The notes below the pieces were generated by a model that worked only from the letters and a program-made list of their open reading frames with translations, made no database searches and was not told the DNA's origin. Positions 53,895-64,000 of a DNA stretch of 64,000 bases are shown here, in pieces. The position numbers and the translations under genes were made by a program. Each line of letters opens with the position of its first letter. Position 1 is the stretch's first letter. Origin of the DNA: an uncultured Gammaproteobacteria bacterium (lineage in GTDB: Bacteria; Pseudomonadota; Gammaproteobacteria; DRLM01); the NCBI GenBank assembly GCA_963729605.1, contig CAVSNY010000002.1, forward strand, positions 192,001 through 256,000, in the 5' to 3' direction.

Positions 53895-55166
53895 TTACGA
53901 GGTCTGCCTCGGCAGCAACGGCAGTTCCTCGGGCGGCATGATTAGGTCTCGCGGCGACGGCGCGGGACGCGCGAAGGATTTGCCCGGCATCAGAACCAGC
54001 GCGTTGCGATAACACTCGAGCGCCGCGTCGCGGTTGTTGATCTTTTCCAGCAGTGCGCCCAATTCGCGATAAGTTTCCGGCTGCGGGTCGCGGCCGAGGC
54101 TGGCTTCGAGATAACTTCGGGCCTTCCCCCACAACTGGCTGCGCACGCACACCCGGCCGAGGGTGAGCAGGAGCACCGGGTTTTCGGCGTGGTGTTTCAG
54201 CCAGCGTTCGGCCTGGGCGAGCTGGGCCGAAAGATTGCGCTGGGGGATGAGTCCGTAGACATACACGAGATTGTCGTTCCAGCGGCGGCGGAGCGCGTCG
54301 GCCAGCAGCGGTTCCAGTTGTTCGCCGGCGTTGTCATCGACCGCGCTCAGCGCGCGCGCGTAATCGAACAATACATCTTCGTTGCGTTTGACGTAGCGCG
54401 GCACGCGTTCCCACAGCTGGCGCAATTGATCGGCGTCTTTCTGTTCGGCGGCGCGGGTGAACAGGGCGCGGTAGGCGTAACCTTGCAATTCCTCCGCGCG
54501 GCTGACGCTAATGGCGCCGCGCCGCTCCACCTCGGGCACCAGTTCGAGCACGCGTTGCCAATCCTGGCGGGCGGCATGAGTCTCCATGAGTTTTTTAAGC
54601 ACCGCGGTGTGTTTGGGCTGTTCGCCGTGCAGGCGGGCCAAAATGTCCAGCGCGTCGTCGGCCTGCTGGTGCGCGAGCAGAAAACCGGCCTGGGCCAGGC
54701 CGACCGCCACGCCGGCCTTGGGTTCGTGCTCGTGTGCGGCGCGCAGATAGCCGTCGCGCCGCACTTGCGAACCCAGCGCCTCGGCGGCCTGCGCCGCGGC
54801 CAGATAATTGAGGGCGGGCGTGTCGCTGTAGCGCACCTGTTTCAGCAGCCATTTTTCCGCGCTCTCCCATTGGCCTTCCGCCAGCGCGTGCATGCCGCGC
54901 ATATAGGCGGTGCGGGTTTTGAGGTGGCGGCGTTGACGCTGCCAGCGCCGCAGGCGCTGGGGCAGGGCGCGGATGCCGCTCCACAGTCGCAGCGTGTAAT
55001 ACAAGGCCAGGAAGATCGCCAGCAGCGCCAGGACGAACAGCGTCAGGCTGGTCTCCAGCGTCCAGTTGCCGTAGGCGATGACCACGTGGCCGGTGTCGTC
55101 GCGCACGAACAGGGCGAGGGAGACACCGCCGAGCAGGACCAGCAGGCTGACGATGAGCAGTCTCAT
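53895..55166 (-). CDS. hemY: HemY-family membrane TPR protein
   Basis: DTGHVVIAYGNWTLETS, ALAEGQWESAEK, LWGKARSYLEAS. ATG 55166 overlaps the hemX stop. Confidence 0.92.
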   Translation of the reverse strand: MRLLIVSLLVLLGGVSLALFVRDDTGHVVIAYGNWTLETSLTLFVLALLAIFLALYYTLRLWSGIRALPQRLRRWQRQRRHLKTRTAYMRGMHALAEGQWESAEKWLLKQVRYSDTPALNYLAAAQAAEALGSQVRRDGYLRAAHEHEPKAGVAVGLAQAGFLLAHQQADDALDILARLHGEQPKHTAVLKKLMETHAARQDWQRVLELVPEVERRGAISVSRAEELQGYAYRALFTRAAEQKDADQLRQLWERVPRYVKRNEDVLFDYARALSAVDDNAGEQLEPLLADALRRRWNDNLVYVYGLIPQRNLSAQLAQAERWLKHHAENPVLLLTLGRVCVRSQLWGKARSYLEASLGRDPQPETYRELGALLEKINNRDAALECYRNALVLMPGKSFARPAPSPRDLIMPPEELPLLPRQTS

Positions 55167-56272
55167 GGAACGGCCTCGCCGGATTTCTTGCCGCGCCGTT
55201 GCAACTGCCAGGCCTCGAGGGCGCGCAGGGAACCGGCGATGTCGGGCAGGGCGGGCGAGAGATTGATCTCCTGCATGCGCGCCAATTCGTTCAGCGCGGT
55301 TTGCGTGGCGGCGGCGTCGCGGTCGTAATACAAGGCGATCCAATCCCGGGCGCGGCGCAGGCTGTCGTGAAACAGGGCGGTGTTGCGGCGTATCGCCGCG
55401 GCGCGCGCCGATTCCAAGGTGAGATGCAGATTCTGTTGCAGGACATATCGCTCGTCCGGGGTCAGCAAGGCCTGCTCCGCCTGGTCCTTGTGTTTGATGA
55501 CCACCAGTTGCTTCAGCGCCTGCCACAGGTCGTGCATCACGCCGCGCCAGCCTTCGCCCGCGCCGGCGGCGGGCACGCCCTCGCCGGCGCTGGGCGTATG
55601 GGGAAAGGGCAGCCGCTCCACGCCGTCGCCGAGGGCGCCCAGTTTGAGCGCGATGCCGGTGATGTCCGGGTTGTCGATCGCGCGGAGGGCGGTGATCTCG
55701 CCGGTCAACAGGCGGCGCACCTCGAACAGCGACGGATCGTTGAATTCTTGCAGGCGCTGGTCGGCGGATTCCAGCGCGGCGAGGGTGGTGAGCAGGTCGC
55801 CGTCGAGATGCAGGCGGTCGTTGGCCAGTCGCAGCAGATAAATCACCTCGGTGGTGGCCCAACTCTGGGCGTTGCGTTCCACTTTGTCGCGCAAGGTGTC
55901 GAGCAGGTCTTCGATGGTTTGCTGCTGGATTTGCAGTTCTTCCAGATCGCTGGTGATCACATTGCTGAGCTGGCTTTCCGCCCGCTCGAGTTGTTCGGTC
56001 AGGCGCCGCATCTCCTGCCGCATCGCTTCGGTTTGGCCGGCGAGCTGGTTGTCCTGGTCGGTGAACTGCGCCTTGAGCGCCTGCTGTTCGTTCCAGATCA
56101 GATAACCGCCCGCCCCCGTCCACGCCACCAGCAGGACGATGATGATGAACAGCGGCGAAGCGAGGCTTTTTTTGGCGGCCGGACGCGGGGGCCGGGCCGC
56201 GGCGGCGGTTTCGGCGGCCGCGCCGAGGAGGGGCTGATCCTTGGCCTTGTCGTCCGGTAAATCGTTACTCAT
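55163..56272 (-). CDS. hemX: HemX-family membrane-anchored coiled-coil protein
   Basis: EVIYLLRLANDRL, LESADQRL, QQNLHLTLESAR. Confidence 0.9.
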   Translation of the reverse strand: MSNDLPDDKAKDQPLLGAAAETAAAARPPRPAAKKSLASPLFIIIVLLVAWTGAGGYLIWNEQQALKAQFTDQDNQLAGQTEAMRQEMRRLTEQLERAESQLSNVITSDLEELQIQQQTIEDLLDTLRDKVERNAQSWATTEVIYLLRLANDRLHLDGDLLTTLAALESADQRLQEFNDPSLFEVRRLLTGEITALRAIDNPDITGIALKLGALGDGVERLPFPHTPSAGEGVPAAGAGEGWRGVMHDLWQALKQLVVIKHKDQAEQALLTPDERYVLQQNLHLTLESARAAAIRRNTALFHDSLRRARDWIALYYDRDAAATQTALNELARMQEINLSPALPDIAGSLRALEAWQLQRRGKKSGEAVP

Positions 56273-57072
56273 GATCGATCCTCAATCTCTAGGGTTTGCC
56301 GGCGCCAGGCGGCGAGCGCCGCCACCAGCGCCTCGTCGCTGGCCTGGGTCGCCACCAGCGCGGCATGATGAAAACCCAATTCGCGCGCCAAGTCCGCGGT
56401 GCGGGGGCTGATCACCGCGAGTTGGGTGTTCAGCAGCCAGGCCCGCTGATTTTCTCCCGCCATGTTCAGCAGATTGTGCAAGGCGTCGTTGCTGGTCACC
56501 ACGATGGCGTCGATGGCGGCGCACGGGTTTAACTTTACCATGGCATCGAGGTCATGCCGCGGTTCGGCGCGGCGGTAGACCTCGGCATAATCCACCTCGG
56601 CGCCGCGCGCGCGCAAGGTGTCGGCCAACAATTCGCGCCCGCCGGCGCCGCGCACGATGAGGATGCGCGCGCCGGCCACCTGTTGCAGCGCGGCCGTGCC
56701 GAGCAGGGCCTCGCTGTTGTAGGGCGGCGGCCCCGCGATATCGACGCGGCCGAACCGTTCACGCAAGGCCTCGGCGCTGCGGCGGCCCACCGCCGCGAGG
56801 CGCAGCGCCGCGGGCAGTCCACCGGCTTCCGCGATCAGCGGCGCGGCCTGTTCGACGGCGTTGGCGCTGATGAAGAGGGCGATGTCGAATTCGGCGAGCC
56901 GGGCGAACAGGGCGCGGGCGGGCGCGAGGTCCGCCGGCGGCACGATGTCCAGCGCCGGCAGCAACAGCGGTTCGCCGCCGGCGGCGCGGATCAATTCGCA
57001 CAGCGGCGCGGCCTGATGCGCCGGCCGCGTCACCATCACGTTGAGTCCTTGTAATACCGGTGTTGCGTCCAT
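56269..57072 (-). CDS. hemD: Uroporphyrinogen-III synthase
   Basis: VMVTRP, FISANAV, RGAGGRELL, EVYRR. Confidence 0.95.
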   Translation of the reverse strand: MDATPVLQGLNVMVTRPAHQAAPLCELIRAAGGEPLLLPALDIVPPADLAPARALFARLAEFDIALFISANAVEQAAPLIAEAGGLPAALRLAAVGRRSAEALRERFGRVDIAGPPPYNSEALLGTAALQQVAGARILIVRGAGGRELLADTLRARGAEVDYAEVYRRAEPRHDLDAMVKLNPCAAIDAIVVTSNDALHNLLNMAGENQRAWLLNTQLAVISPRTADLARELGFHHAALVATQASDEALVAALAAWRRQTLEIEDRS

Positions 57073-57172
57073 GGGTCGGCGCGGCCCGTTACCGCCGCGC
57101 GAGGTTGTGAATGAGGACTCACTTTACTATTGATCGCCGCGTAAGCGAAACCGTGGCGTAGCGCCTTCCTCG

Positions 57173-57330
57173 GAACCGTTCATGATCTCGATCAAGAAAC
57201 GCGGCGCAAGGCCCCTTGGCTTATAAAGTAAAGGGCGCCCGGGAAAAGCGCGGCATACACTAGAGTATGTAAGCCTTTTGAGGGAGACCTTAATGCCGTG
57301 ACGCGTTTTTCAGCGAGCATGAGCAGGTTC
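57173..57330. mobile_element. MITE inserted between hemC and hemD
   Basis: Imperfect ~30-bp TIRs GAACCGTTCATGATCTCG..AAGAAACGCG / (rc) GAACCTGCTCATGCTCG..AAAAACGCG, with central hairpin CATACACTAGAGTATG. Begins at the hemC stop. Confidence 0.65.
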
Positions 57331-58266
57331 TCAAGCGCGGCCGGCGTACACCGCTTGCAGTATGGCGGCCGCGCCCTTGCCGAGCAGTTCGTCCGCCAGC
57401 GCCACGCCGAGTTTTTCCGCATCGACGCGCGGGCCGCTGACCTCGCCGCGTATCACCCGGCTGCCGTCGGGCGCGCCGACCAGGCCGCGCAGATGCAGCG
57501 TGTCGCCGTCGAGCACGGCGTGGCCGCCGATGGGGACCTGGCAGCCGCCTTCGAGGCGATGGTTCATCGCGCGCTCGGCGCTGACGCGGGTGTGGGTGTC
57601 GGGGTCGTCGAGCACGGCGATGAGCTTGTTGGTCGCGGGATCATCGGCACGGCACTCGATGCCCACCGCGCCCTGGCCGATGGCCGGCAGGCTGAGCGTG
57701 GTGTCCAGATAGGCGGTGATGCGCGCCGCGAAACCCAGCCGCAGCAAGCCGGCGGCGGCGAGGATCACCGCGTCGAAGTCGCCGGCGTCGAGCTTGGCCA
57801 GCCGGCTGTTGACGTTGCCGCGCAGGGTGAGGATTTGCAGGTCCGGCCGCCGCGCGGTGATCTGGCACTGGCGGCGCAGGCTGGAGGTGCCGACCCGCGC
57901 GCCCGGCGGCAGCGCGTCGAGAGTAGGGTAAAGATTGGAGACGAAGGCGTCGCGCGGGTCCTCGCGCTCGCAGATCACCGGCAGGTGCAGGCCCGGCGGC
58001 AACTCCACCGGCACGTCCTTCATGGAATGCACGGCGATGTCGGCCCGGCCGCTCAGCAGACCGTCTTCCAGCTCTTTGACGAACAGGCCCTTGCCGCCGA
58101 TCTTGGCCAGCGGGCTGTCGAGGATCTTGTCGCCCTGAGTGCTCATCTTCACCAGTTCGACCCGCAGGCCGGGGTGGGCCGCCAACAGGCGGTCGCGGAC
58201 GTATTCGGCCTGCCAAAGGGCCAAGGGGCTTTTGCGGGTGGCGATGCGGAGGGTCTGGTTGCTCAT
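57331..58266 (-). CDS. hemC: Hydroxymethylbilane synthase (porphobilinogen deaminase)
   Basis: [38 protein letters not shown]. Confidence 0.98.
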   Translation of the reverse strand: MSNQTLRIATRKSPLALWQAEYVRDRLLAAHPGLRVELVKMSTQGDKILDSPLAKIGGKGLFVKELEDGLLSGRADIAVHSMKDVPVELPPGLHLPVICEREDPRDAFVSNLYPTLDALPPGARVGTSSLRRQCQITARRPDLQILTLRGNVNSRLAKLDAGDFDAVILAAAGLLRLGFAARITAYLDTTLSLPAIGQGAVGIECRADDPATNKLIAVLDDPDTHTRVSAERAMNHRLEGGCQVPIGGHAVLDGDTLHLRGLVGAPDGSRVIRGEVSGPRVDAEKLGVALADELLGKGAAAILQAVYAGRA

Positions 58267-58474
58267 GCGACGGCTCGAATTAATTAACGTGGGCGCCAAT
58301 CGTACGGATTGTGGGGCGGGGAGGCAAATGGGGGCGGCTTGCAGCGAGGCGCGGGCCGGGTTTTCAAATCACCGTTCGAATTCGAAGCGGTGAAGGGGGC
58401 GGACGGCAGTCCCGCGCCCACTCTTGCTATACTGCCCACCTTCTCATCCAGCAAAGCGCAGAGGGATTCCATCC

Positions 58475-59860
58475 GTGAGTAAAGAAGACGCCGGCACGCT
58501 CTGGGGCGGCCGTTTTTCCGAGGCCACCGACCGTTTCGTGCAGGAATTCACCGCCTCGGTGACGTTCGACAAGCGGCTCTATCGCCACGACATCGCCGGT
58601 TCCGTCGCCCATGCCCGCATGTTGCAGAAGGTGGGGGTGCTAAGCGCCGCGGAGTGCGAGGCCATCGTCACGGGTTTGCAGGACATACTCGCGGAGATCG
58701 AGCGTGGCGATTTCGCGTGGTCGGTGGCCTTGGAAGATGTCCATATGAACATCGAGGCGCGGCTCACCGACCGCATCGGCGTCGCGGGTAAAAAGCTGCA
58801 TACCGGCCGTTCGCGCAACGATCAAGTCGCCACCGACGTGCGCTTGTATCTGCGCGACGAGATCGACGCCCTCGACGCCGACCTCCAGCGTTTGCAAACT
58901 GCGCTGCTGGACAGCGCCGAGCGCGAGGCCGCCACCATCATGCCCGGTTTTACCCATCTGCAAGTCGCGCAGCCGGTGACCTTCGGCCATCACCTGCTGG
59001 CCTGGTTCGAGATGATCGCCCGCGACCGCGCGCGTTTTCAGGATTGCCGCAAACGAGTAAATGTCATGCCGCTGGGCGCGGCGGCGCTGGCCGGCACCAG
59101 TTATCCCATCGATCGCGCCTACACCGCGCAATTACTGGGTTTCGACGGCGTGGCGGAAAATTCGCTGGACGCGGTGAGCGATCGCGATTTCGCCATCGAA
59201 TTCTGCGCGGCGGCGGCCCTGCTGCTCACCCATCTGTCGCGTTTTTCCGAAGAGCTGATTCTGTGGGCCTCGGCCCAGTTCAACTTCATCAATCTGCCCG
59301 ACCGGTTTTGCACCGGCTCGTCGATCATGCCGCAGAAGAAAAATCCCGACGTGCCGGAATTGGTGCGCGGCAAGACCGGCCGGGTTAACGGTGATCTCAT
59401 CGCGCTGCTCACGCTGATGAAGGGCCAGCCGCTCGCCTACAACAAGGACAATCAGGAAGACAAGGAGCCGCTGTTCGACGCCATCGACACGGCGCGCGCC
59501 TGCGTGCGCGCCTACGCCGACATGGTGCCGGCCATCGAGCCCAAGCGCGACAATATGCGCCGCGCCGCGCTGACGGGTTTCGCCACCGCCACCGATCTCG
59601 CCGATTACCTGGTGCGCAAGGGCGTGGCCTTTCGCGACGCCCACGAGGTGGTGGGCAAGGCGGTGCGCTACGGCGTCGAGCAGGAGCGGGATTTGGCCGC
59701 GATGAGTCTGGATGAGTTGCGGCAATTCTCGGCGGTGATCGGCGAAGACGTGTTCGCGGTGCTGACTTTGGAAGGCTCGGTGGCGGCCCGCGATCACCTC
59801 GGTGGCACGGCGCCGCGCCAAGTGCGCGAGGCGGTGGTGAGGGCGCGGGCGCGGGTGTAG
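58475..59860 (+). CDS. argH: Argininosuccinate lyase
   Basis: [37 protein letters not shown] extended -10 at 58425. Confidence 0.98.
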   Translation: MSKEDAGTLWGGRFSEATDRFVQEFTASVTFDKRLYRHDIAGSVAHARMLQKVGVLSAAECEAIVTGLQDILAEIERGDFAWSVALEDVHMNIEARLTDRIGVAGKKLHTGRSRNDQVATDVRLYLRDEIDALDADLQRLQTALLDSAEREAATIMPGFTHLQVAQPVTFGHHLLAWFEMIARDRARFQDCRKRVNVMPLGAAALAGTSYPIDRAYTAQLLGFDGVAENSLDAVSDRDFAIEFCAAAALLLTHLSRFSEELILWASAQFNFINLPDRFCTGSSIMPQKKNPDVPELVRGKTGRVNGDLIALLTLMKGQPLAYNKDNQEDKEPLFDAIDTARACVRAYADMVPAIEPKRDNMRRAALTGFATATDLADYLVRKGVAFRDAHEVVGKAVRYGVEQERDLAAMSLDELRQFSAVIGEDVFAVLTLEGSVAARDHLGGTAPRQVREAVVRARARV

Positions 59861-60147
59861 TTGAAAAAAACTCAGCGCGTTGTGCTTCGGCGCATCCATG
59901 TGCTTGGACGCATCCGTGTCCGATGATGTTTTTTGGTGTTCCCCGCGCTCGGGGGCGGGGTGGTCCATTTGCGCCGCCTCTTCTTGAGAAGTCTGCATCC
60001 ATATGTCCGCCGTACCGGCGGCTTTTCATTTTTCATTGAAAAGGCAAACCACCTCGTTACGCGTCCACCTCTCCCTCCACGGAACCTCTCGTGGGCTTCG
60101 CCGACACCGCGATGGCGCGAATGTCAGCCTCGTGCCCAATCCGAGCG

Positions 60148-60255
60148 GAACCACTCTGTCGGCTTCGTCGCCACTCCTCCTTGGAAAGGGAGGGAAATTA
60201 ATTTTTTCTCCCCTCCTCTCCGAGGAGAAGTGCCCCGCAGGGGCGGGGTGGTGGG
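60148..60255. repeat. Decayed inverted REP pair (CCCCTCCT family)
   Basis: AACCACTC...CTCCTCCTTGGAAAGGGAGGG and CTCCCCTCCTCTCCGAGGAG...GGGGCGGGGTGGT. Confidence 0.6.
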
Positions 60256-60379
60256 GCGGGGTCTGGTATGAACATGATCGCGGCCGCTACGCCGCCGTAG
60301 CAAGCGCGGCCAGGGTGCGATGCGCGCCGCGGCGGGTGGCGAAAATCGTGGTGTCGTGAACGACGGGCTTACGAAAAAT

Positions 60380-61213
60380 CTAGCCGCCCTGTTCCAGTTC
60401 TTCGCGGGCGCGGCGCAGCAGCTTGGCGCGGTCGTCGCCCTGCTGCCAGTCGGCCACGCCGAATTGGGCGGCGAGTGTCATCGGCCGGCCGTCGCTGCCT
60501 TTCGGTTCAAGCTGACTCAAGCGCGGTTGCAGTTTGTCCTTGAGCAGCCGCGCCGCGTCGCCGGCGGTTTCCGGCAGCACCAGCAGAAATTCGTCGGCGT
60601 CGAAGCGGCCGATCATGTCGGCCCAGCGCATTTGATCTTTTAACATGTGGGTGATGGCCACCAAGGCGATGTCGCCGCTGCCCTTGCCGTGGCTGGCATC
60701 CAATTCCGGCAGGTGGTTGACCCGCAGCCGGATCACCGAGAGCGGGTTGTGATAACGGCGGCTGCGCGAGACCAGCGGCTCGATGCCTTGCAGCAGGGCT
60801 TGGCGGTTGGGCAGGCCGGTGAGCGGGTCGCGGGTGTCGTGTTGGGCCAGTTCCTCGCTCAAGCGCGCCCGTTCGTCCAAGGCCTCTTGCAGGTCGGTGA
60901 TGTCGGCGTAGTAATGCACCGAGTAGCCGGCGTCCGCGCCGCTGCGCGCGCGCCAGGTTTGCAGCCAGCGGGCGGGGCGGTCGCCGTCATGCTCGAGATG
61001 CAGGGTGTCCGCCGGATTGAACACCGCGCCGCGCCAGGGGGCTTGCAGGCCGTCTTGGCTTTGGCCGAGCAGGTCTTCGCGGCGCGTGCCCAGCAGTTGT
61101 TCGGCGGCGTGGTTCAGCCAGGCGACGCGCTGGTCCTTGTCGATGAGGATGACGCCCACCGGGGCATTCCATAGGGTTTCGGTGGCGAGTGCGGGGTCGA
61201 GTGCTGGTGTCAT
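60380..61213 (-). CDS. PAS + degenerate GGDEF protein
   Basis: N-terminal PAS, DPLTGLPNR, active-site position reads DADEF, RWAD I-site. Confidence 0.88.
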   Translation of the reverse strand: MTPALDPALATETLWNAPVGVILIDKDQRVAWLNHAAEQLLGTRREDLLGQSQDGLQAPWRGAVFNPADTLHLEHDGDRPARWLQTWRARSGADAGYSVHYYADITDLQEALDERARLSEELAQHDTRDPLTGLPNRQALLQGIEPLVSRSRRYHNPLSVIRLRVNHLPELDASHGKGSGDIALVAITHMLKDQMRWADMIGRFDADEFLLVLPETAGDAARLLKDKLQPRLSQLEPKGSDGRPMTLAAQFGVADWQQGDDRAKLLRRAREELEQGG

Positions 61214-61623
61214 CGGCTAACTCCCTGGGTAATGCTTCGATATAGCAGAAGCGGCGCCTGTCAGGCAAGGACGTCGCGGCGCTGTCCCCGCGTTACAATG
61301 GCAGTGAGGATGCATGCGAGCCCGGCCTCCATGAAGATGGGTGGTTCGATGTGGGTTCCCGAGGGCGCGCGACGCGGAGTGGTCGCGCCGTGCAAGACAT
61401 GTCGGCAAAGGAGTAGAAAACATGACTGATAATATCCATGTGGCGCAGGAAGGCTCCTGCGATCCGGATAATCCTTGAGTTTACGGGCGATCCGCCCTTC
61501 GTGAGCGGGGCCGTTCCGGTTTTTGCCGCCGGGCGGCGGATCGCCGCAACTTGACTCTTTGGCATCACATTATTGCTCCAGCTTCACCGGGCAGAGCCGA
61601 TAACGGGGCTGGGTGAATCTACT

Positions 61624-64000
61624 ATGCAAAATGCCATGATGATCGAAGGATTGACGGGCGCGGGCACGGCGGCGACCAAGCAACGTTTTCTTTTGTTGAA
61701 CCGGGAACGGCTGCGCCGCGCCCAGGAATCGATGCGGGAACGGCAACGGGATTTTCTCGATCTGCTGCCCCTGTTGTTTCATGTCAACCACCCGATTTTG
61801 CCGGGCTTCGTGTCGTCCGACGGGCCGGTGGGCGTGGCGGACTATCGTCCCACCAAACGCGCCTTGCTCGCGGCCAAAAAAATCGCCATGGCCTTCGATT
61901 TCAAGAGCAAGGCCCTGCCGCGTTTCGACATCTATTCCCTGTTCCTGATGGGCAGCAGCGGCACGGTCGCTTACTCACCAAAAAGCGACTTTGATGTTTG
62001 GCTTTGCCATCGCCCCGATATGGACGCCGGCAAACTCGCCGAGCTCCAGCAGAAGGCCACCCTCATCGAGGCGTGGGCCGCCGCGATGGATCTTGAAGTG
62101 CATTTCTTTTTGATCAACTCCCATCAATTCCGCGAAGGGATGCACGCCGATCTCTCCAGCGAGAGTAGCGGCACCGCCCAGCATTATTTGTTGTTGGAGG
62201 AATTTTATCGCACCGGACTGTTGCTGGCGGGGCGTTATCCGGTGTGGTGGCTGGTGCCGCCCGAACAGGAAAAAAATTACGCGGACTGCGTCAAGGCGCT
62301 GGTTGAGCGGCGCCTGATATCGCCCAACGAATTTATCGATTTCGGCGATGTGGCCCGGCTGCCGGCCGAGGAGTTTTTCGGCGCGGCCTTGTGGCAGTTG
62401 TTCAAGGGCATCGATTCGCCTTATAAATCGGTGCTCAAATTGTTGCTGATGGAGATTTACGCCAGCCAATATCCCAATATCGATTTGCTCTGCCAGCGAT
62501 TCAAGCGGGCGATTTACGCCGGCGAAAGTCAGCTCGATCAGCTCGATCCTTACATGATGCTCTATCGCGATATCGAGGAATACTTGGAGGGCAAAGGAGA
62601 ACATGACCGCCTGGATTTCGTGCGGCGCTGTTTTTACTTCAAGGTGAACGAAAAACTGAGCACCCCGGACAATCCCCGTTACAACACCTGGCGCCGCGAA
62701 CTGATGCGCGCCCTGGCGCAGTCCTGGGGATGGGGGGCGGTCTATCTGGAGATGCTCGACGCCCGCGCCTCGTGGAAGATCAACCGCGTATTGCGCGAAC
62801 GACAAATCCTGGTGAGCGAACTGACTCACAGCTATCGCCTGCTCTCCAATTTCGCGCGGGAACACGCCGGGCTGATGCTGATCAATCAAAAAGACATCAC
62901 CGTGCTCGGCCGCAAATTGTACGCGGCCTTCGAGCGCAAGGCCGGCAAGGTGGAGATGATCAATCGCGGCATCTCCGATGACTTATGGGAGGCGCGGGTC
63001 TCGTTCCATCAATTGGTGTCGCGCGACAATCAGGAAACCTGGGCCCTGTTCCGCGGCATGGTCACCACCGCCGAGCTGGCGCACAGTACGCCGCTGAAAC
63101 GCGGCCGCAGCGTCTGCGAACTGATGGCGTGGAGTTATTTCAACGGACTGGTCGATGAGCGGACCGCCTTGGCTTTGTATGTCCAGCGCGGCGAACTCAC
63201 GACCCGCGAACTGAGCAACACCATTCGTTGCTTCGAAAAAATCTTTCCGCTCGGCCAGGCCATGGAAACCGTGATCGACGATCTGTCCCGTCCGGCCCGG
63301 GTGGTGCATACCGCCATCTTGATGAATGTCGGGCTCGATCCCTTTCTGCAACACACCCGCGAAGGCCGCCATCTGACCACCACGCGCACCGATGCCTTGA
63401 GTTATAGCGGACTGGGGGAAAATCTCGCGGTGACCTTCGATCAGGTGGTGGTCACCACCTGGAAAGAGGTGCTTACTTATCGTTACAGCGGCGTCGATGG
63501 TTTGTTGAGTTGTCTCGGTGAATACCTGCAATGGTCGCCGCCCAGCAGCGATATGCGCCCGCCGGCGCCGGCGGTGTATTGCTTTTCCAGCGTCCGCGGC
63601 GACGCGATCAGCAAACGAATTAAAGAATTGTTCGAGGATGTGACCGCCTGTTATTACGGCGATCCGGCAGGCCGCTCGGCGCGGTATGTGTTGGCGGTGG
63701 AGCAGACCTTTTTCACCTTGCGCTTGGATAACGATTCCCTGCACTATGAAAAAATCGGGCCCTACGGAAATTTGCTGACCCACCTCTCGCAAGGGCAAAT
63801 CGGTTTCAGTCCGGTGGTGATCGATCGGTATGCCTTGGACGACACCTTGTTGCCGCCGATCTTCAAGCTCAATCGCGCCGGGGTCGTGCAGGTGGTTTAT
63901 CGGGTCGACGGCGCCACCGCCGATGTCTACGTGGTGGACGAACGCGGTTCCTTGTTCAATCAACGCATCGATTATTTCGATCGCGGGGCGCTGATCGACC
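61624..64000 (+). CDS. cyaA: Class I adenylate cyclase, 3'-truncated by the window edge (missing from the ORF track)
   Basis: Frame reads LLPLLFHVNHPILPGFVS, MGSSGTVAYSPKSDFDVW, LLLEEFYRT, LGRKLYAAFERKAGKVE. Start is 61624 or 61636. Confidence 0.93.
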   Translation, partial: MQNAMMIEGLTGAGTAATKQRFLLLNRERLRRAQESMRERQRDFLDLLPLLFHVNHPILPGFVSSDGPVGVADYRPTKRALLAAKKIAMAFDFKSKALPRFDIYSLFLMGSSGTVAYSPKSDFDVWLCHRPDMDAGKLAELQQKATLIEAWAAAMDLEVHFFLINSHQFREGMHADLSSESSGTAQHYLLLEEFYRTGLLLAGRYPVWWLVPPEQEKNYADCVKALVERRLISPNEFIDFGDVARLPAEEFFGAALWQLFKGIDSPYKSVLKLLLMEIYASQYPNIDLLCQRFKRAIYAGESQLDQLDPYMMLYRDIEEYLEGKGEHDRLDFVRRCFYFKVNEKLSTPDNPRYNTWRRELMRALAQSWGWGAVYLEMLDARASWKINRVLRERQILVSELTHSYRLLSNFAREHAGLMLINQKDITVLGRKLYAAFERKAGKVEMINRGISDDLWEARVSFHQLVSRDNQETWALFRGMVTTAELAHSTPLKRGRSVCELMAWSYFNGLVDERTALALYVQRGELTTRELSNTIRCFEKIFPLGQAMETVIDDLSRPARVVHTAILMNVGLDPFLQHTREGRHLTTTRTDALSYSGLGENLAVTFDQVVVTTWKEVLTYRYSGVDGLLSCLGEYLQWSPPSSDMRPPAPAVYCFSSVRGDAISKRIKELFEDVTACYYGDPAGRSARYVLAVEQTFFTLRLDNDSLHYEKIGPYGNLLTHLSQGQIGFSPVVIDRYALDDTLLPPIFKLNRAGVVQVVYRVDGATADVYVVDERGSLFNQRIDYFDRGALID

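Noticed and set aside
53895-56123. 742-aa ORF
   Set aside because: The N-terminal part is off-frame over hemX. hemY starts at 55166.
61975-63963. Minus-strand 304-aa and 326-aa ORFs
   Set aside because: Antisense shadows of cyaA, which the track omitted because its stop lies beyond the window.

Overview
GC-rich chromosomal window from a Gammaproteobacterium that is probably a chemolithoautotrophic sulfur oxidiser. That is an inference from a DAB inorganic-carbon pump, a stand-alone sat and the hslVU-ubiEJB / hemCDXY-argH-cyaA gene orders. The first ~8.5 kb is a CO2-concentrating transport module: dabB, a second membrane subunit, dabA, a PII/SbtB-like gene and a SulP transporter. It also holds two relics the ORF track does not explain, a frameshifted fragment of the carboxysome-locus ferritin-like gene and a tyrosine-recombinase fragment at its right edge, which suggests a decayed island. 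The rest is housekeeping genes (metH, lpxL, rlmJ, sat, hslVU, ubiE/J/B, hemCDXY, argH, partial cyaA), oxidative-stress genes (dps, ZIP transporter, a catalase with four +1 frameshifts under an OxyR-type box) and signalling genes (EAL, two GGDEFs, MCP, PAS kinase, a minimal Ser/Thr kinase + PP2C pair). Also present are two solitary AT-richer PD-(D/E)xK nuclease genes, a 79-aa protein resembling a stand-alone HK97/encapsulin A-domain, and several families of REP-like palindromes and MITEs. I saw no rRNA, tRNA, CRISPR array or intact transposase. All family calls come from motif recognition, not database searches.
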